Origin: Vicugna vicugna
Taxonomy: Eukaryota
Assembly (NCBI GenBank): GCA_013265495.1
Contig: MU057615.1
Location: 124,001 to 188,000 of the forward strand
Direction of reading: 5' to 3'
Length of the DNA stretch: 64,000 bases
The notes under the pieces were generated by a model, which was not told where the DNA came from, did not search any database, and saw nothing but the letters and a program-made list of their open reading frames with translations. Below, in pieces: positions 26,003 through 39,104 of this stretch (its first letter is position 1; every line of letters starts with the position of its first letter). The translations under genes and the position numbers were made by a program.

Positions 26003-28615
26003 CTGGCCTGTGGTTCTACAGACATTGCTGACACTAAGAACAGTTTCAAGTCCATATTGAGAGCAGCAATCAGTAAACTGTTTCTGATGATTCCACTAAT
26101 GGTACTTAAAAAATGAAGAGTTTTATGTGTGAAGGAAGATACACAGGAGAGTGGCTTCTGTAGACCTGGCAGGAAGGAAGGGCCGTTGGAACCTCAGGGG
26201 TCCCCTGTCTTTACCATCAAGGATCACTTCATTGAAACAGTGAACCATAGCAGCGTTGAAGATGGACCGTCAAGCCCGTGATCTGGGTGGAATACCGAGC
26301 AAAGGACATGTGCTGTTCACCTGTAAGGAGCGACTAAGTGGAGTGTAATTAAAGAGTTGGATTAATGAGAGGCAACACATACGGAAGAATATTTGGGATG
26401 CGTGACAGATGTGAGGGGGATTATAATGGTGACAGTGACCGCCAAAGCGTTCAGGTAGACACATCCGGGGAGGAGATCAGGAGGGATGCTTGAACCCCAG
26501 TGTCCTGGCCTGTGGGCTACAGGGGCCAAAGAAGACAGCTGTCCTACAGAAGCAGGGCTGCGGTCACTCTTGTGTTACTCGTTCATCAGGACACAAGCTC
26601 CCCAGTTTCCACGTCAAACCTGGCCGTGTCCAGCTGCTCGGGACTGCGCCGAGCGAGCCTCTGAGAACTGCCTGTGGGTCCCGCCCTCCCTGCTGGGCCG
26701 CCGCCTTGCAGGGTGTCTGGCTGTCTGCACCCGCATCAGCGCCTCGAGACCACTCACCCTGGGGCTTCCTACCAGGAAGCAGAGTGCACCCTTTGAGAGC
26801 CTGCTTGTGTGAACTGGAGGTGAAGCCGGCTCCACATGCTGAAAGCGGGTTCTTGGCAGGTACAGACGAAGCCGTGATATCTGATTCGTGTTGGGCAACA
26901 GTCAGATAAGGGCAGCTCATACCAGCCAAGGTGTGTTTGTTTTTTCAGATAGTACAATAACCAGCTTTTCTCTCATTCCCCACAGTCAAATACCTGCTTG
27001 GTATTTGCAGAACCAGGGAATCTCAAATGAGTCCATCTCTCTTTCTTAGGTGGAAGATCACCTTCTTAGATCTTCAGAGAGTACCAGTGTCCAATTAGAT
27101 GGGCAGCTGCCTCCTCCTGGGGCATCTGTTCCATAAGGTTCTACATCCAGGTACTCAGGTCGGTGATGGCATGCCTATGTCATGCCCCTGGACCACCTTG
27201 GAATGAACAGGATACAGCAAGGAAGACAGGGTGTGGGAAATGCCGAGGGCTGGCACGTGGATGTGATGGTAAAGACCCTCATGGCTGGACTTTCTTGAAA
27301 TCTTTAAGTTAGTCAAGTTTCAGTACCAAACACGCAGGTAAAGCGAAGGTGGCACCTTTGCTCTGTCATCTAAGGTTGAACTGGGAAGTGCTCAGCCCCA
27401 TGTCTCAGGGCGTCAGGGGAGTAGGGTGCTCACCGGATGCTTGCAGGCCAGTGGGCTTGTTGCCAGACGTCTCTGCTGAAAGGTGCTCAACCTCCCCCGA
27501 ATCGCACTTTGTTAGTATTCTGTGTTACCACGGAGCATGCGGGTCACACGGCTGCCGGATCTACCTCACCTCGGCCCTGTGCCTCACATCCACCCCAGGG
27601 CCCTGTCCGTGCTGTTGACCCTACCTGGCACCACCCTCCCCAGGTCTTTCAGGGTCCCTCCTCCTGTCCTGAGGACGCTGCTGAAGTGTCCCAGCATCAG
27701 AGGGGCCTTCCTGGCCAGCCGCCCGAGGCGTCCTGCTGGGTGTTGCTGAGTCCCAGGCGCTCCTACACCACAGGCACGATACAGCCTTCCGTGCGGGCTG
27801 GGCCCCCGGGCATCAAGCAGGAACTGCTGTACCCCGAGCACCTCCGGTCGTGGCAGTGTGAGCTGAGACGCGCACTAGATGAGCGAGTACAGGCATTGAT
27901 TAAATAATGTGACTTTGAAGAATATTTCATGATTAATCATCCCAGCTCTTTCAACCCAAGCTGCAACCTTTTACCATACTCTGTAAGGTTGGGGTAGCAA
28001 AAAAAAAAAAAGCTTCATTTAGTAAGCCATCCAGAAAGAAATTTCTGCATAATTCTATTTGATGTGTTAAATGATGACATTTTCATAATTTGTGGAAGCT
28101 GAGCAAGTTGTGTGTCTGGGAGCCTCAGATCCGGCCCTCAGTTCAGGGCAGTGAAGATGCTGCAGGGGAGGGAGGGGCGACGGCTTGGCAGGCTGCCTTC
28201 GGGGATGGGGCGTCACCAGGGCATGCTTCCTTTCCTTGCCTTTCTGTCCTTCTCTGCCTCCTCACTCCCCTCCTTCCACACCTGTCCAACATCCCCCCAC
28301 CCCTGCCACATCTGCCTCACCTCCACCGGCCTGGCTGGCCACACTGAGCTTAGAACAGGGATGCCTGTGTCCCTGGCCGCAGGGCATCTCTCAGTGCACC
28401 CAGCCACCCTCCCCATCTCCACCCAATGGAGGAGCGTCTCTGCTTTTCCCCTGGAAGCGGGTCTGCCCCCTGCCTCACAGTGGAAGCTCTGACCACCTGC
28501 AGACCCCTGCTGCCCTGTCCCATTGCCACTGGTCACAGGAGGCTTTTGACATATAAATTAGTGAAAAACAAAATAAAGTTAAAATTCTCTTCCTCCACTG
28601 CACTAGCCACATTTT

Positions 28616-30315
28616 TTAATAGTCAGTTTACAATGCTGTGTCAGTTTCTGGTGGCCAGCACAACACTTCAGTCACATAGGAACATGCATGTATTCATTTT
28701 CATACTTTTTCACCATAAGTTATTACAAGATATTGAATATAGCTCCCTGTGCTGTACAGTATAAACTTGTCATTTATCTGTTTCATCTATAGTAGTTAGT
28801 ATCTGCAAATCTCGAACTCCTAATTTATCCCTTCCCACCCCCTGATAACCATAAGTTTGTTTTCTATGTCTGTAAGTCTGTTTCTGTTTTGTAAATAAGT
28901 TTGCTGTGTCTTGTGTAGGTCTGTTTGGGTTCTTTTTGTTTGGGACCCTCTGTGCTTCCTGTACTTGGATATCTGATTCCTTTTTTAGCTTTGGAAAATT
29001 TTCAGTCATGATTTCTTCAAATACCTTTTCAGTCCCCTTTTCTCTTCCCTCTCCTTCTGGGACCCCTATTACGCACAGGTTGGCACACTTTATATTGTCC
29101 CGTGGGCCCCTTATGCTGCTTCCATTGGTTTTTATCTGCTTTTCTATCTGCTGTTCTGATTGAGTGACTTCTGCTATCCTGTGTTCTAAGTCACTGATTC
29201 ACTCTTCTGCATCGTCTAGTCTGCTTTTGACTGCCTTTAGCTCGGCTCTTGTCTCAGCCATTGAGTTTTCTGTTTTTAATTGGCTCCTCTTTATAGTTTT
29301 CATTTCCTTTTGAAAGTTTCTCTGTCTCTATTCACAATCTCTTTTAGTCCCTTAGTACATTGCTCACCCCCTTTTTGAAGTCATGATCTAGTGGACTGTT
29401 GAGGTCTGTTTCATTGATCATTCTTTCAGGGGGTTTCTTCTTCTTTTAATTGGGAATGGTTCCTCTACTTCTTCATTTTACTTACGTCTCTCTGGCTCTG
29501 TGGATTTAGGAGTATCAGTTATCTACTGTGGTCTGGAAGGGCTGTTTTATTTTTTGTTTGTTTTTATTTAAACAATAAGTGGGAGCAATCCTGTATAGTG
29601 TGTGTGCATCTAGTAGTTTTGTAGCAGTGGCTGTTCTCAGTATGGATGGTTGTCACGTCCTTCTTCTACGAGTGTTTGCTGTCATCCCTTTGACTGGAGG
29701 TGTGGTTGGTGTGGTGAGCAGAGCCTGCCCTGACTGTTGTGGCTGAGCCGGGCCTCCTTGTTTGTTCTGTGGTTGTCACAGCCATCAGGGGGCCTGGCCT
29801 GCTTCCCTGTTGCTGGAATAGAGTCTTTTAGACCCGTTTGTGAGCTGTGCTGTGTGGTCGGCAGGGTTGGAGCACTTCAGCTGGGAAGAAGAGCGGGCAG
29901 GAGATGTGCACTGAGGCGTGCCCTCTGTGGTATCGTCTTGTCACTTGTCATGTTTGCTTACAGAGTACCCTTTGCTGACACTGCATTTGTCCCAGCCTTA
30001 GCTGTGGGAATATCGGCCACCTGCTCTGGGGTCCCCCAGGTTCTGAGCCTCAGAAGCTCCGCTCCTGCCGTGTTGACCTCCCGACTGGGGTGGGGGTGTC
30101 CCAGCATGAGGGCCTTTCTTCCTGTGCTGCTCCGTCCCTGCAGGGCTGGTCCTGCGTTGAGTTTTTTTTTTTCTTTTTCTTTCTTACTGGAGTTTGTGAG
30201 GATCCCCCTGTAGGTATTCTGTGTGATTCAGCACGTCTGTAGATGGAACTCCTGGTGTTGTGGGAGGGGGCGAGCTGTGAGTCTCTTTGCTCTGCCATCT
30301 TGGCTCCCAGCTCAT
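28616..30315 (-). mobile_element. Internally deleted L1: intact 5' UTR and most of ORF1 joined directly to the 3' UTR (half-L1-like)
   Basis: 5' end gggagccaagatggcagag near 30310 and ORF1 start at 29476. ORF 28770-29009 reads MTENFPKLKKESDIQVQEAQRVPNKKNPNRPT (ORF1p), then runs into 3' UTR sequence at ~28906. TSD ctagccac(a/g)tttt at 28603-28615 and 30316-30328. Confidence 0.9.
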
Positions 30316-30339
30316 CTAGCCACGTTTTAAGTACCACAA

Positions 30340-30485
30340 TTTTTTTTTTAATTTTTAAAATTCACTTTTAATTTGGGGGGGGTTGGAGGCATTTATCTAT
30401 CTATTTAAATGGCAGTACTGGGGATTGGACCCAGGACTTCATGCGTGCTGAGCACGCACTCTATCACCGAGCTATACCTTCCCCC
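30340..30485 (-). mobile_element. tRNA-Ala-derived SINE (Vic-1-type), long-tail form
   Basis: gtactggggattggacccaggacttcatgcgtgctgagcacgcactctatcaccgagctataccttcccc; homologous to 1018-1155. Confidence 0.88.
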
Positions 30486-32839
30486 ACTCCACACTTTCTA
30501 TAGGAACACTTCTAACATTGCAGAATCTGCTCTAGACAGTGTCCATGAGAAGTGCCACACATTTCAGCACATCTTTTTCATCCTCTAAACTCAGAGGGAG
30601 AAAGAGTACAAATCCAAGGCTGCTGAGAGTGAAGGAGAGCCACCAGTGATCGGTGGCTCCTGGCCTTCCCCAAGCATCATTCCTGGAGTCCCTGTGTCAC
30701 CTTCAGGAGGCCCAGAGAGAAACAGATCCTCAAGCACATTCTGCAAGCCAGAGTCCACCTCCCAGACCCAGCTTCACAAAATGCGGTTCACTCTTGCAGG
30801 GGAAGACTTCTGTAGTGGTTTGACAAGCCATGCCTGTCCCCTGACCTCCTCTGTCACCAGTAGGCTAGTTATTGAAAAGACAAACTCTCTCCGTGAGCTG
30901 TTCTCAAGGGCTAAAATGATAACGTTTTTTACAATACAGTAAATTTCGCTCTGAGCAATTTTATATTTCTGATCGCCAAGGTGACAGTGAGGGTTCCCCT
31001 GTTGGACACAGAAAATCAAGGAAGGCACTCCTTCAGAGACAGCCTCACCTTCCTCAAAGCTAAGAGAATAAAAGAAACTGGAAATGTAGAATATTTGAAA
31101 AGAAAATTCTTTCTGTGCATGGATTTCCTTTTTTGTTTTCTTTCGTCAGTTTCTTTATTTGAAAAATGCTATTCTTAATAAATATAAGTAGTAACTTTTT
31201 TTTTTAATGCCCAAAGCCGTATGTTCTGGTGGACAGTCTGAGCTACCAGGTTGAATTATTCAGTGTGAATGCACGAGTCGCTTCATCCTCCGTGGGGTCA
31301 GCAGGGCAGGTGTGACCCAGCTCTTCCTGTGGGGTTTAGCCACCTGCGGTTCCAGAATTCCAGCAGGGCCTTTAACTCTGGTCCCACCTCCTCTCTTTGA
31401 CCCCCTCTTCTCCATATGTTGGTGGGGGTGTTCCTTGACCCACCTAGACTTGACAGTTCAGTGGGGCTCCCCTGCTTCCCTCTCTCCATGCTGTACCCCT
31501 CATTTCTGGGGCCTCATCACTGTGGAGGATGGGGATGGTGAGGGTGTGAGTGGGTTTGGGGGCTTCGGGAAGGTTTTAGAATAGAACCAGGAGCATGGAT
31601 GTAAGTCCCCCAGGGGAGGGAGGACCAACCTTATCTGGTGGATAAGAAGTCATATTTATTTTTCACTGTACAGTATTAAAAAGAGAATCTAAAAATCCAA
31701 ATGGCCAAAAGAGTAGTAACACTTTGATTTGAAATGTACCCCTAAATTACAATGTTTTCCAAATAAATCCTAATAAAATATATGAAATATGAAGTATTTT
31801 AATATTTATAAGTTAAATATTATTTAAGATCATTTGAATGAGGTTTTTTTTTTTCATAACTTGAGCATTTGTATGAGGGTTTGATGTCTTCTCAGAGAGT
31901 AACAGTGTATTCCCTTTTCTGTAGTTCACAAATAGAGGTAATTCTCCAGGTGGGAGTCTAGATTGAAAGCAAAGCTGCTGGGGCAGATTGGCTGCAGGCT
32001 TTTCTTGCTGTGTTGCACCACCGCTGCCTCTGCCACTAACATCCTGCTGGCTGGGGGCCTGGGTCTTGTGGCCGATAGATGTGGCTTCCCACACAAGGCT
32101 GCTCAGCATGGGCCCCTGAGAGCCTGGGGCAGTGACCCCCACCAGGGCTCTGGGGGTTGAAATGATGCCTGCACACCCAGTACAGGGAGCCGTCTTGAAA
32201 AGATGCATCCTGAGGAGATGTACAGCTGCTGAAGTGAGACTTGCCGCCTCCCCCCCATCCCTAGTGCCCCTGTCATGGGCATTTGCCCGTCACTAGCTAT
32301 GCAGCGTAGTGGGTGAGAGATGCCTGGTGAAAGGTCAGGGCGTGGCTGCTGGGACAGACCTTCTCTTCGCACACCTCTGCCTGTCCCTCCTTCACGCCCC
32401 TGGGTTTCTGTTGTTCTGGCCACGTGGCTCTGTAGAACTGGGTCCCCCAGGGCCAACTGGTCCTTGATCTGCACGGTTACTCTGTGTCAGTCCAACCCTA
32501 TTTTCCTAGCTCCACACAGGCCCCTCCTCTCCTGAGCATGGATCTTGGGCAATGAGCCCATATTTTCCAGGTATTGAAGGCTCAACACGGATGTGACTGC
32601 CCCTAGTCAGCCAGGACTTAACAGCCTGCATCCTTGCCTCTGCCAGGGGAGGCTGGTGTCATGTGCTCCGGAGGCAAGCCTTTTGGAATTGGCAGGACTT
32701 CTTTAAACCTGAGGACCCTGTGCACTGGTGGAAATTAAAGACGTTGGCAGGACAGAGTGAGGCAGTTTCTTTCAGATGGGAGAACTTGACTCCCTGAGAG
32801 GGGACCCTTCCCCCTGCCCTATCCCTGCACACCTGACAC

Positions 32840-33348
32840 TGTTACCGAGTCCAAACTCGTTCTGCTCGCTGCACGACAGGCCAGTAAATCGGGAGATGAG
32901 GTATTGGGGCAAGGAACACTGACTATTTGGAAAGCCAGCAGACCGAGAGGATGGCCGACTAATGTCTTGGAGAACCATCCTGCTCCAGTCAGAATACAGG
33001 CTCCTTTAATACAAAAGAAAAAAGGGGGGGGGGGAATGGGGCGTGGTAGCAAACTTCTTAGGAATGCTTTGTTCTTGAAGCCGTCCATGTGGGTCAGGCC
33101 GTGGTGTCCCTGTAAACCTCCAACAAAGGTTATTCTCTATTTTGCAATTTGCCATCTCTACCTAAGTGCAGGGGTGCTGACATCCTTAAAGTCAGAGCCC
33201 CAAGCATAGGCTCTCCTATTTCAGGCTAAAGGCAACACTCTTTCCCAAAAGGTGCAGAGCTGGCAAGACAGACTGGAAAACAGGGCACAGTGGTCAAAAC
33301 TAAAGGAGCAGATCCAATGTGCAGTCAGATCTGTTCTCCTCTGTTACA
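32840..33348 (-). mobile_element. Solo ERV1 LTR, young family A, copy 1
   Basis: tgttaccgagtccaaactc...ctgttaca, TSD acac/gcac. Closely similar to the copies at 39550, 55359 and 59083. Confidence 0.9.
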
Positions 33349-35369
33349 GCACTAGGCAGGGCAGTCAGAATATTAAATCTGGAATAGGTTTCTGAGATAA
33401 TCCAACTCCATCATCATGTGGATCAAGAAACTCAGGATCTGAAATGTCCAAATTCAGAGGATTTTGCTGTAATACCATAGCACACTGTCTAGAAGCTTAA
33501 AATTTGAATCTGTAATTGTGTGTTGTCTCCAGCACCTGCTTTGTGTTAACCTGGTCATGTGTTTTCACCAAGGGTTTCCCTTTACTGTTAGAAAAGTACA
33601 TTTTTAAAGGCAGGAATTGCCCTCTGGTGTTGGCTTCTTCTGGGCAAACCATGAAGGGCCCTGGCCCCTGGCATCGGTCGGTGCTCAGAGCCCCAAGGGA
33701 CACAGAGCAGGACGGTGGCCCCGTGAGGCTCGGCGAGCCCAGCAGCTTACCTCTGGCAGGCAAGGCAGAACCTCTCTTTCTGATCTTGCTCACAAGCCTT
33801 GCGTGCAGGACTTTGCCGCTGTGCTGTCAGGCTGCCTTTTGCAATGCAGTGGAACGGGGACGGTAACTCCTGCTTTTCCTTGAGCTGAGTTTTGTCTCTT
33901 TTATTTCCAGCTCCTCCAGACTGCCCAGCTTCTCTCTCGAGTCATTTGGATAAACAACTGGCTGGTGATATTTTAAATCGTCTGCTTTAAATAGAGTCGT
34001 TCTGAAAGACTGTTTCATTCTCCGATTGACTTTTCCCCTCCGCTAATGAGAGAAATGACTTAATCGAATGCTTGAAATTAATTTTCCAAATTACTAACTA
34101 ATCGCCTTGCTTTGAAGCATCTTTGGGTTTCCCTGGAGAGTTTGTTTTTCTGCAATTCTTCAACTCTTCTAATAACTGCAGAGACCCTGCCCCCAGAATG
34201 CACAAGTGACCGTGCAGCTCCCCAGCTTCCACACTAACACGGCTACCCAGGGAAGTGGTGCCAGGTGGGGATAAAGGATGGGGAGGGAGGGACCAGGGCA
34301 AGGGGTTTGAGAGTGAGGGAGGCAGGGTGGGGCCAGGAAAGGACTCTCCAAAAAGCTACATTCAAGCAGAGAACACATGAAGGGAGGGGTTGGCACACAG
34401 ACCTTGAGTGCAGATCAAGGGCCAGGGGTCCAGAGCAGAAAGGAGCTCGGGGCACGTGGAACCCCTGAAAAGGCAGAGCAGCAGCAGCGCAGCAGAGGCA
34501 CGCTGTAAACGGAGCACATCACGTGGGAGGGTCCTTGAGTGTTCTTCTGCGCTTCTGTGTCATTTTAATCAAGGAAATTGCACTGTCTGGTTTGGATTTA
34601 AGGATCTCTGTGACCACTTCACTACGTGAGGTCAGCAAGCAGGAGCAGAACCCAGGTGGCAGGGAGAAATAATGTAGTGATTTTGGAGACAGAGAGATGG
34701 AGAGGAAAGTGATGGGATGAGGGTGAGCCCCTTGCCTGCCCTCTGACACTGAGTTGGAGACATGCACAGAGCTGGCCTTGGTCCCACCTGGCCAGACACC
34801 ATCCGTGGCCACTCTAGGCCTTCAGTACCCCTGCTCTGGCCTTTGGCATCTTGTCCAGGACCAGCCTTAATGGGGACTAACTCTAGGCAGCTCCTGCAGC
34901 TCCCTGCAGTGACCCACAGCTCCTGTGTCCTGCCTGGTCTCGTGGGTGCTGCTGATGTCCGAACAGGTTGCATCTGCCCCCCTGGCTGGTCCTCTCCCCC
35001 CAGGAGCTGGGCTTTCTCCTTGGGAATGTTCTGTGAAATCCAGAGCCAGGAGCTCCAGACACCAACATGGGGCCGGCCATCTGTGTGGGACCTCTTTGTG
35101 TCTCCCCTCCCAGTGCCCTCAAGTTACTTTCTCCAATAGACTGATGGTAGCGTGTGGAACCGTTGCAGTGTGATGCTTTGGGGAGCCAGACCATGGGCAG
35201 TGATCAATTTCAGGCTTCTCTAACCTTGTTTGGCTTGTCAAAAATCCAGAAATAGCAAAATTAAAACCACCACATCAATAAAAATAGCAGGAGTTCATTG
35301 TGCACATAAAAATAGTCAGTGAACTGGGAGGTTTCAAATCCAAAACTGGTATGAAGCTCAGAAGTGTGA

Positions 35370-36227
35370 TGTTACAGGATGTCTTATTAAGTAAAAATGA
35401 GGAAGTTGTTTAATCTAACTGGTTATTACTGGTACCCAAAAAGGGGGAGGGAAATGACCCCAGTTCTTATCTTACCCAGAAGATAAGAATTCAGACGGGA
35501 GACGGAAGCATTGTGTAGCAAAAGATTTTAAAGGTTTTATTCAGCAAAGGGAAAGGACACCTCCAAGAACGGGAGGCGGGCTGACCCAAGGGAGGACAGT
35601 GGTGGTCTTTGCCTTCCTCTTACAGCCTCGCTTAGAGGTGGTCTCTTGATTGACTGATGGCTCTTGTCCCCTGAAGTGCTTAGTCATGCTTGTCCCCTTT
35701 CATGCATGTCCTTACCCATGGTGCACACAGAAAAATCCATGGAAGGGTTTTTCCTAAACCACAAAGCTAATTATATTACAATGAGCACTGGATCGTGTCG
35801 GGTTAGGTCCTTGTCACTACCCACAGTTGGGGCTGTTGGGTTTTAACTGGTTTCTTGCCGGCACTCACTTAGAGGAAGCAAAGCCCCTTTATGCTGGAGG
35901 CGGGCATAACGCCATTTCTAGACCACCCTCCCCCTTTTCCACCTTATCTGCTGGGTGCCCTCACTTACCTAACTACCTAACATTACCATAGGGGTTTCTG
36001 GGTAACAGAAGATTGGTTAAAAGTGACGGTCTCATACCATTTTTAGGAAAATGACTGAAGTTTCTTTTATAGTTATCAGAGACATTTACAAGAAATAACC
36101 TGCTACATTTCACGTATGTTCATGAAATAAACTAAGTTCAGTTTTGCTTATGTGGTTTAAATGGTTTTGTCTCCTCAGGGACTTTTTTTTTTCAAGTTTG
36201 GTCTCCATTTTATCTTTTACTATAACA
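35370..36227 (-). mobile_element. Older ERV1 LTR (MER34/LTR29-like), interrupted by another LTR
   Basis: Minus strand starts tgttatagtaaaagataaaatggagaccaaac. The left boundary is uncertain. Confidence 0.5.
35430..35982 (-). mobile_element. Solo ERV1 LTR nested in the older LTR
   Basis: tggtacc...acctaaca termini, perfect TSD ttac (35426-35429, 35983-35986), ttttatt near the left end. Confidence 0.85.
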
Positions 36228-36781
36228 GGCTCTTGGTTTACTTATGTATAAAACTGAAAATGGTGATTCTGTAGCTATAGATAATTGTTTCATATGTGCT
36301 CATGAAATTTTCTGGTATGCTAACAAGATTGTGTATGAAACTTACTACTTACTTTTCAACTTTTTATGTGAAAAAATTAATTAGATATTTTGGTTAAAAA
36401 AAAAAAACTGAACTGACTGGTCGCTGGCATGCTTCCTGCTCACACACGTTACCACTTCATTTCAGATCAGTTCTTTAGGTGATGGGAAGGACATAAAGTC
36501 CTTTCAGACTGATACTCATATTTCATTTTCATCTTTTTATTTTTGAAAGTGCATTAAGGATCTTTTATACTACCCCCCACCCTTTTGAAATCTGTAGTAG
36601 TATTGAGTACCATGAATTAGGCTCTTTGAAGCAGCTTGAATGTTTCTTGCATTAGTCCTCCAGGACCTGGAGAGGGGAATGATGATGGAGCCAACAGCTG
36701 CTGAGGGGCAGAGCTGGGCTGGGATCCAGGTTTGGGCCTTGGAAGTGAAGAGGTTCAGGGCTGCATAACATCCTTTTTTCT

Positions 36782-37450
36782 ATATTTTTTTAAATTGGGT
36801 TATAGTCCGTTTACAATGTTGTGTCAGTTTCTGGTGGACAGCATAATTCTTCAGTCATCCATGAATATACATAAATTCATTTTCATAGTCTTTTTCACCA
36901 TGAGCCACCACAAGATCTTGATTATATTTCCCTGTGCTATACAGTATAAACTTGTTTATCTATTCTATACATACCTGTCAGTATCTATAAATCTCGAACT
37001 CCCAGTCTGTCCCTTCCTACCTACCTCCCCCTTGGCAACCTTGTCTGTATTCTATGTCTACAAGTCTGTTTCTGTTTTATATTTAAGTTCATTTGTCTTT
37101 TTTTTTTTAATATTCCACATATGAGTGATATCATATGGTTTTTTTCTTTCTCTTCCTGGCTTACTTCACTTAGAATGACATTCTCCAGGTCCATCCATGC
37201 TGCTGTGAATGGCATTATGTTGTCATTTTTATGGCTGAATAGTATTCCATTGTATAAATATACCACAACTTCTTTATCCAGTCATCTGTTGATGGACATT
37301 TAGGCTGTTTCCATGTCTTGGCTATTGTAAATAGTGCTGCTATGAACATTGTGGTGCAGGTGTCTTTTTGAAGTAGGGTTCCTTCTGGATATATGCCCAG
37401 AAGTGGGATTGCTGGGTCACATGGTAAATCTATTTTTAGTCCTTTGAGAT
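36782..37450 (-). mobile_element. 5'-truncated young L1 (ORF2 end and 3' UTR)
   Basis: Reverse-complement homologue of 2532-3212. TSD atccttt(t/c)ttct at 36770-36781 and 37451-37462. Confidence 0.95.
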
Positions 37451-37536
37451 ATCCTTTCTTCTAAACTGGCTCTGAAGTTGCCAAAGTTCCCCAGACACTG
37501 AAGCATATTTGGTTACTTTTTATGGTTGTTAGTGAG

Positions 37537-37976
37537 TGTGGAAGACAGAGTAATTGGCCACCCAGCCCCTCAAACAGAGATGTCCATATCCTAATCTGTG
37601 GAACCTGTGAATATATGATGCTATGTGGCAAAAGGACTGTGCAGATCTGATCAGTCAAGGGCCTTGAGATGGGAAGATAATACTGGATTATCTTCCTGGT
37701 GGGCCCCAGGAAATCATAAGGGTTCTTATGAGATGGAGGCAGGAGAGTCAGAGGAGGAGATGTGAGGGGGGAAGCAGAGGCGGGAGTGGCGCAGGGCCAA
37801 GGAAGGCAGGTGCCTCTAGAAGCCGGAAAAGGCCAGAATCAGAATCTCTCCTGGAGCCTCCAGAAGAAAAACAGACCTGTAGACCCATTTTAAACTTCTG
37901 ACCTTCAGATAATAAATTTGTGTTATTTTAAGCCAAATTTGTGAATTTGTCAAAGCAGCAGTGAGAAATGAGTACA
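37537..37976 (+). mobile_element. MaLR LTR (MLT1C/D-like)
   Basis: agatgtccatatcctaatc, ccttgagatgggaagat, cctctagaagccggaaaaggc, aataaatttgtgttattttaagcc, ending gagtaca. Confidence 0.88.
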
Positions 37977-38635
37977 ACGAGGCAGTGTTTTTTCTAGATT
38001 GGCTCTTTTTACAAAATCATATTTTCAATTGGCCGGATTGTGTTGTTTTCAAGGATTTTTGTTTCCTGCAGAAGAATATTTAGAATAGCACATGAAATGC
38101 CAGGGGATCCATTGAGCTATCTATCTTTATATCCATATGCAGTTTGGCTGAAAATACTAACGGCTTTCTTAATTCAGTTAAATAAAGTCATACGATTTCA
38201 TAATTCAGAAGGAAAACTGCTAATTATATTTTAAAACAAGTTATTGTTAACCATTTAAATAACAGACTTGTACTGGGTGCCCCACATGGGAAGGTTTTCA
38301 AATGCCCTGGTATCCTTGGCTCAGTGGATGCGTGGACTGAGGGTGGCCAGTCCCTCAGGAGGTGATTGTCTGTGAAGGAGAACCTTCAGTTTCTGAGGGC
38401 TTCCTGTGTGCAAGAGACACATGTTGAGCGTCGGTGTAAACAGGATCAGACGTAAAAAGATATGCCTTATTTCAGTGTCATAGTAATTGTAATGCCCAAT
38501 GCAAATCTTAAAAATGAACACATGATTTTTTATTGAGATATAATTGACATATAAGTTTAGGGTGTCTAAGGTGTTGATTTGGTACCTTTTTGTACTGCAA
38601 TGCCATTGCCCCTGTAGCGTTAGCCTCCATCACCT

Positions 38636-39104
38636 TATAACTGAGCAGGACCCTGTGGGGGCCTTCCAGGGTCAGACCCCACCCCCATATCTTGTGCTGT
38701 AGTTCCTCTCTGACATAGCAGATCATAGTATCTCATGTGTATTTCCTGAGTTTTTTGGATGCTAAAAACCACCAGCAAAGGGAAGAAATTAACTACTTGA
38801 TTGACAGCATGTGGCCCCCAGGCCTTCTTATGCCTATGGGTTGATAGTGTTGACGCCCTGTTCCCTCATCACCAACCGAAGACTGTGCCTGAGCGATCAC
38901 ATTCCCTGCGACCCCCTCTCCCTCACCTGGCCTTTAAATATGCTTTGCTGAAACCGTTTGGGGAGTTCAGGGTTTTCCTAGGCATGTGCCACCCCATCCT
39001 CTTTGCTAGCTCTGCAATGAACATTTTTCTGCTCCAAACTCCGATGGTTTTTGATTTGTTTGGCTTCACGGTGCAGTGGGTACATGAACTTGCCCTTGGT
39101 AACA
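38636..39104 (+). mobile_element. Solo ERV1 LTR nested in L1
   Basis: tataactgagcaggaccctgtgggggccttcc...ggtaaca, TSD acct/aact. Reverse-complement relative of 41102-41561. Confidence 0.8.

Larger units (their letters stand above)
28550..30540. mobile_element. MER3/MER33-like hAT fossil, split by an L1 and a SINE
   Basis: aaaataaagttaaaattctcttcctccactgcactagccacatt (28565-28613) resumes at 30316. It ends aacacttctaacattgcagaatctgctctagacagtg near 30540. Confidence 0.6.
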
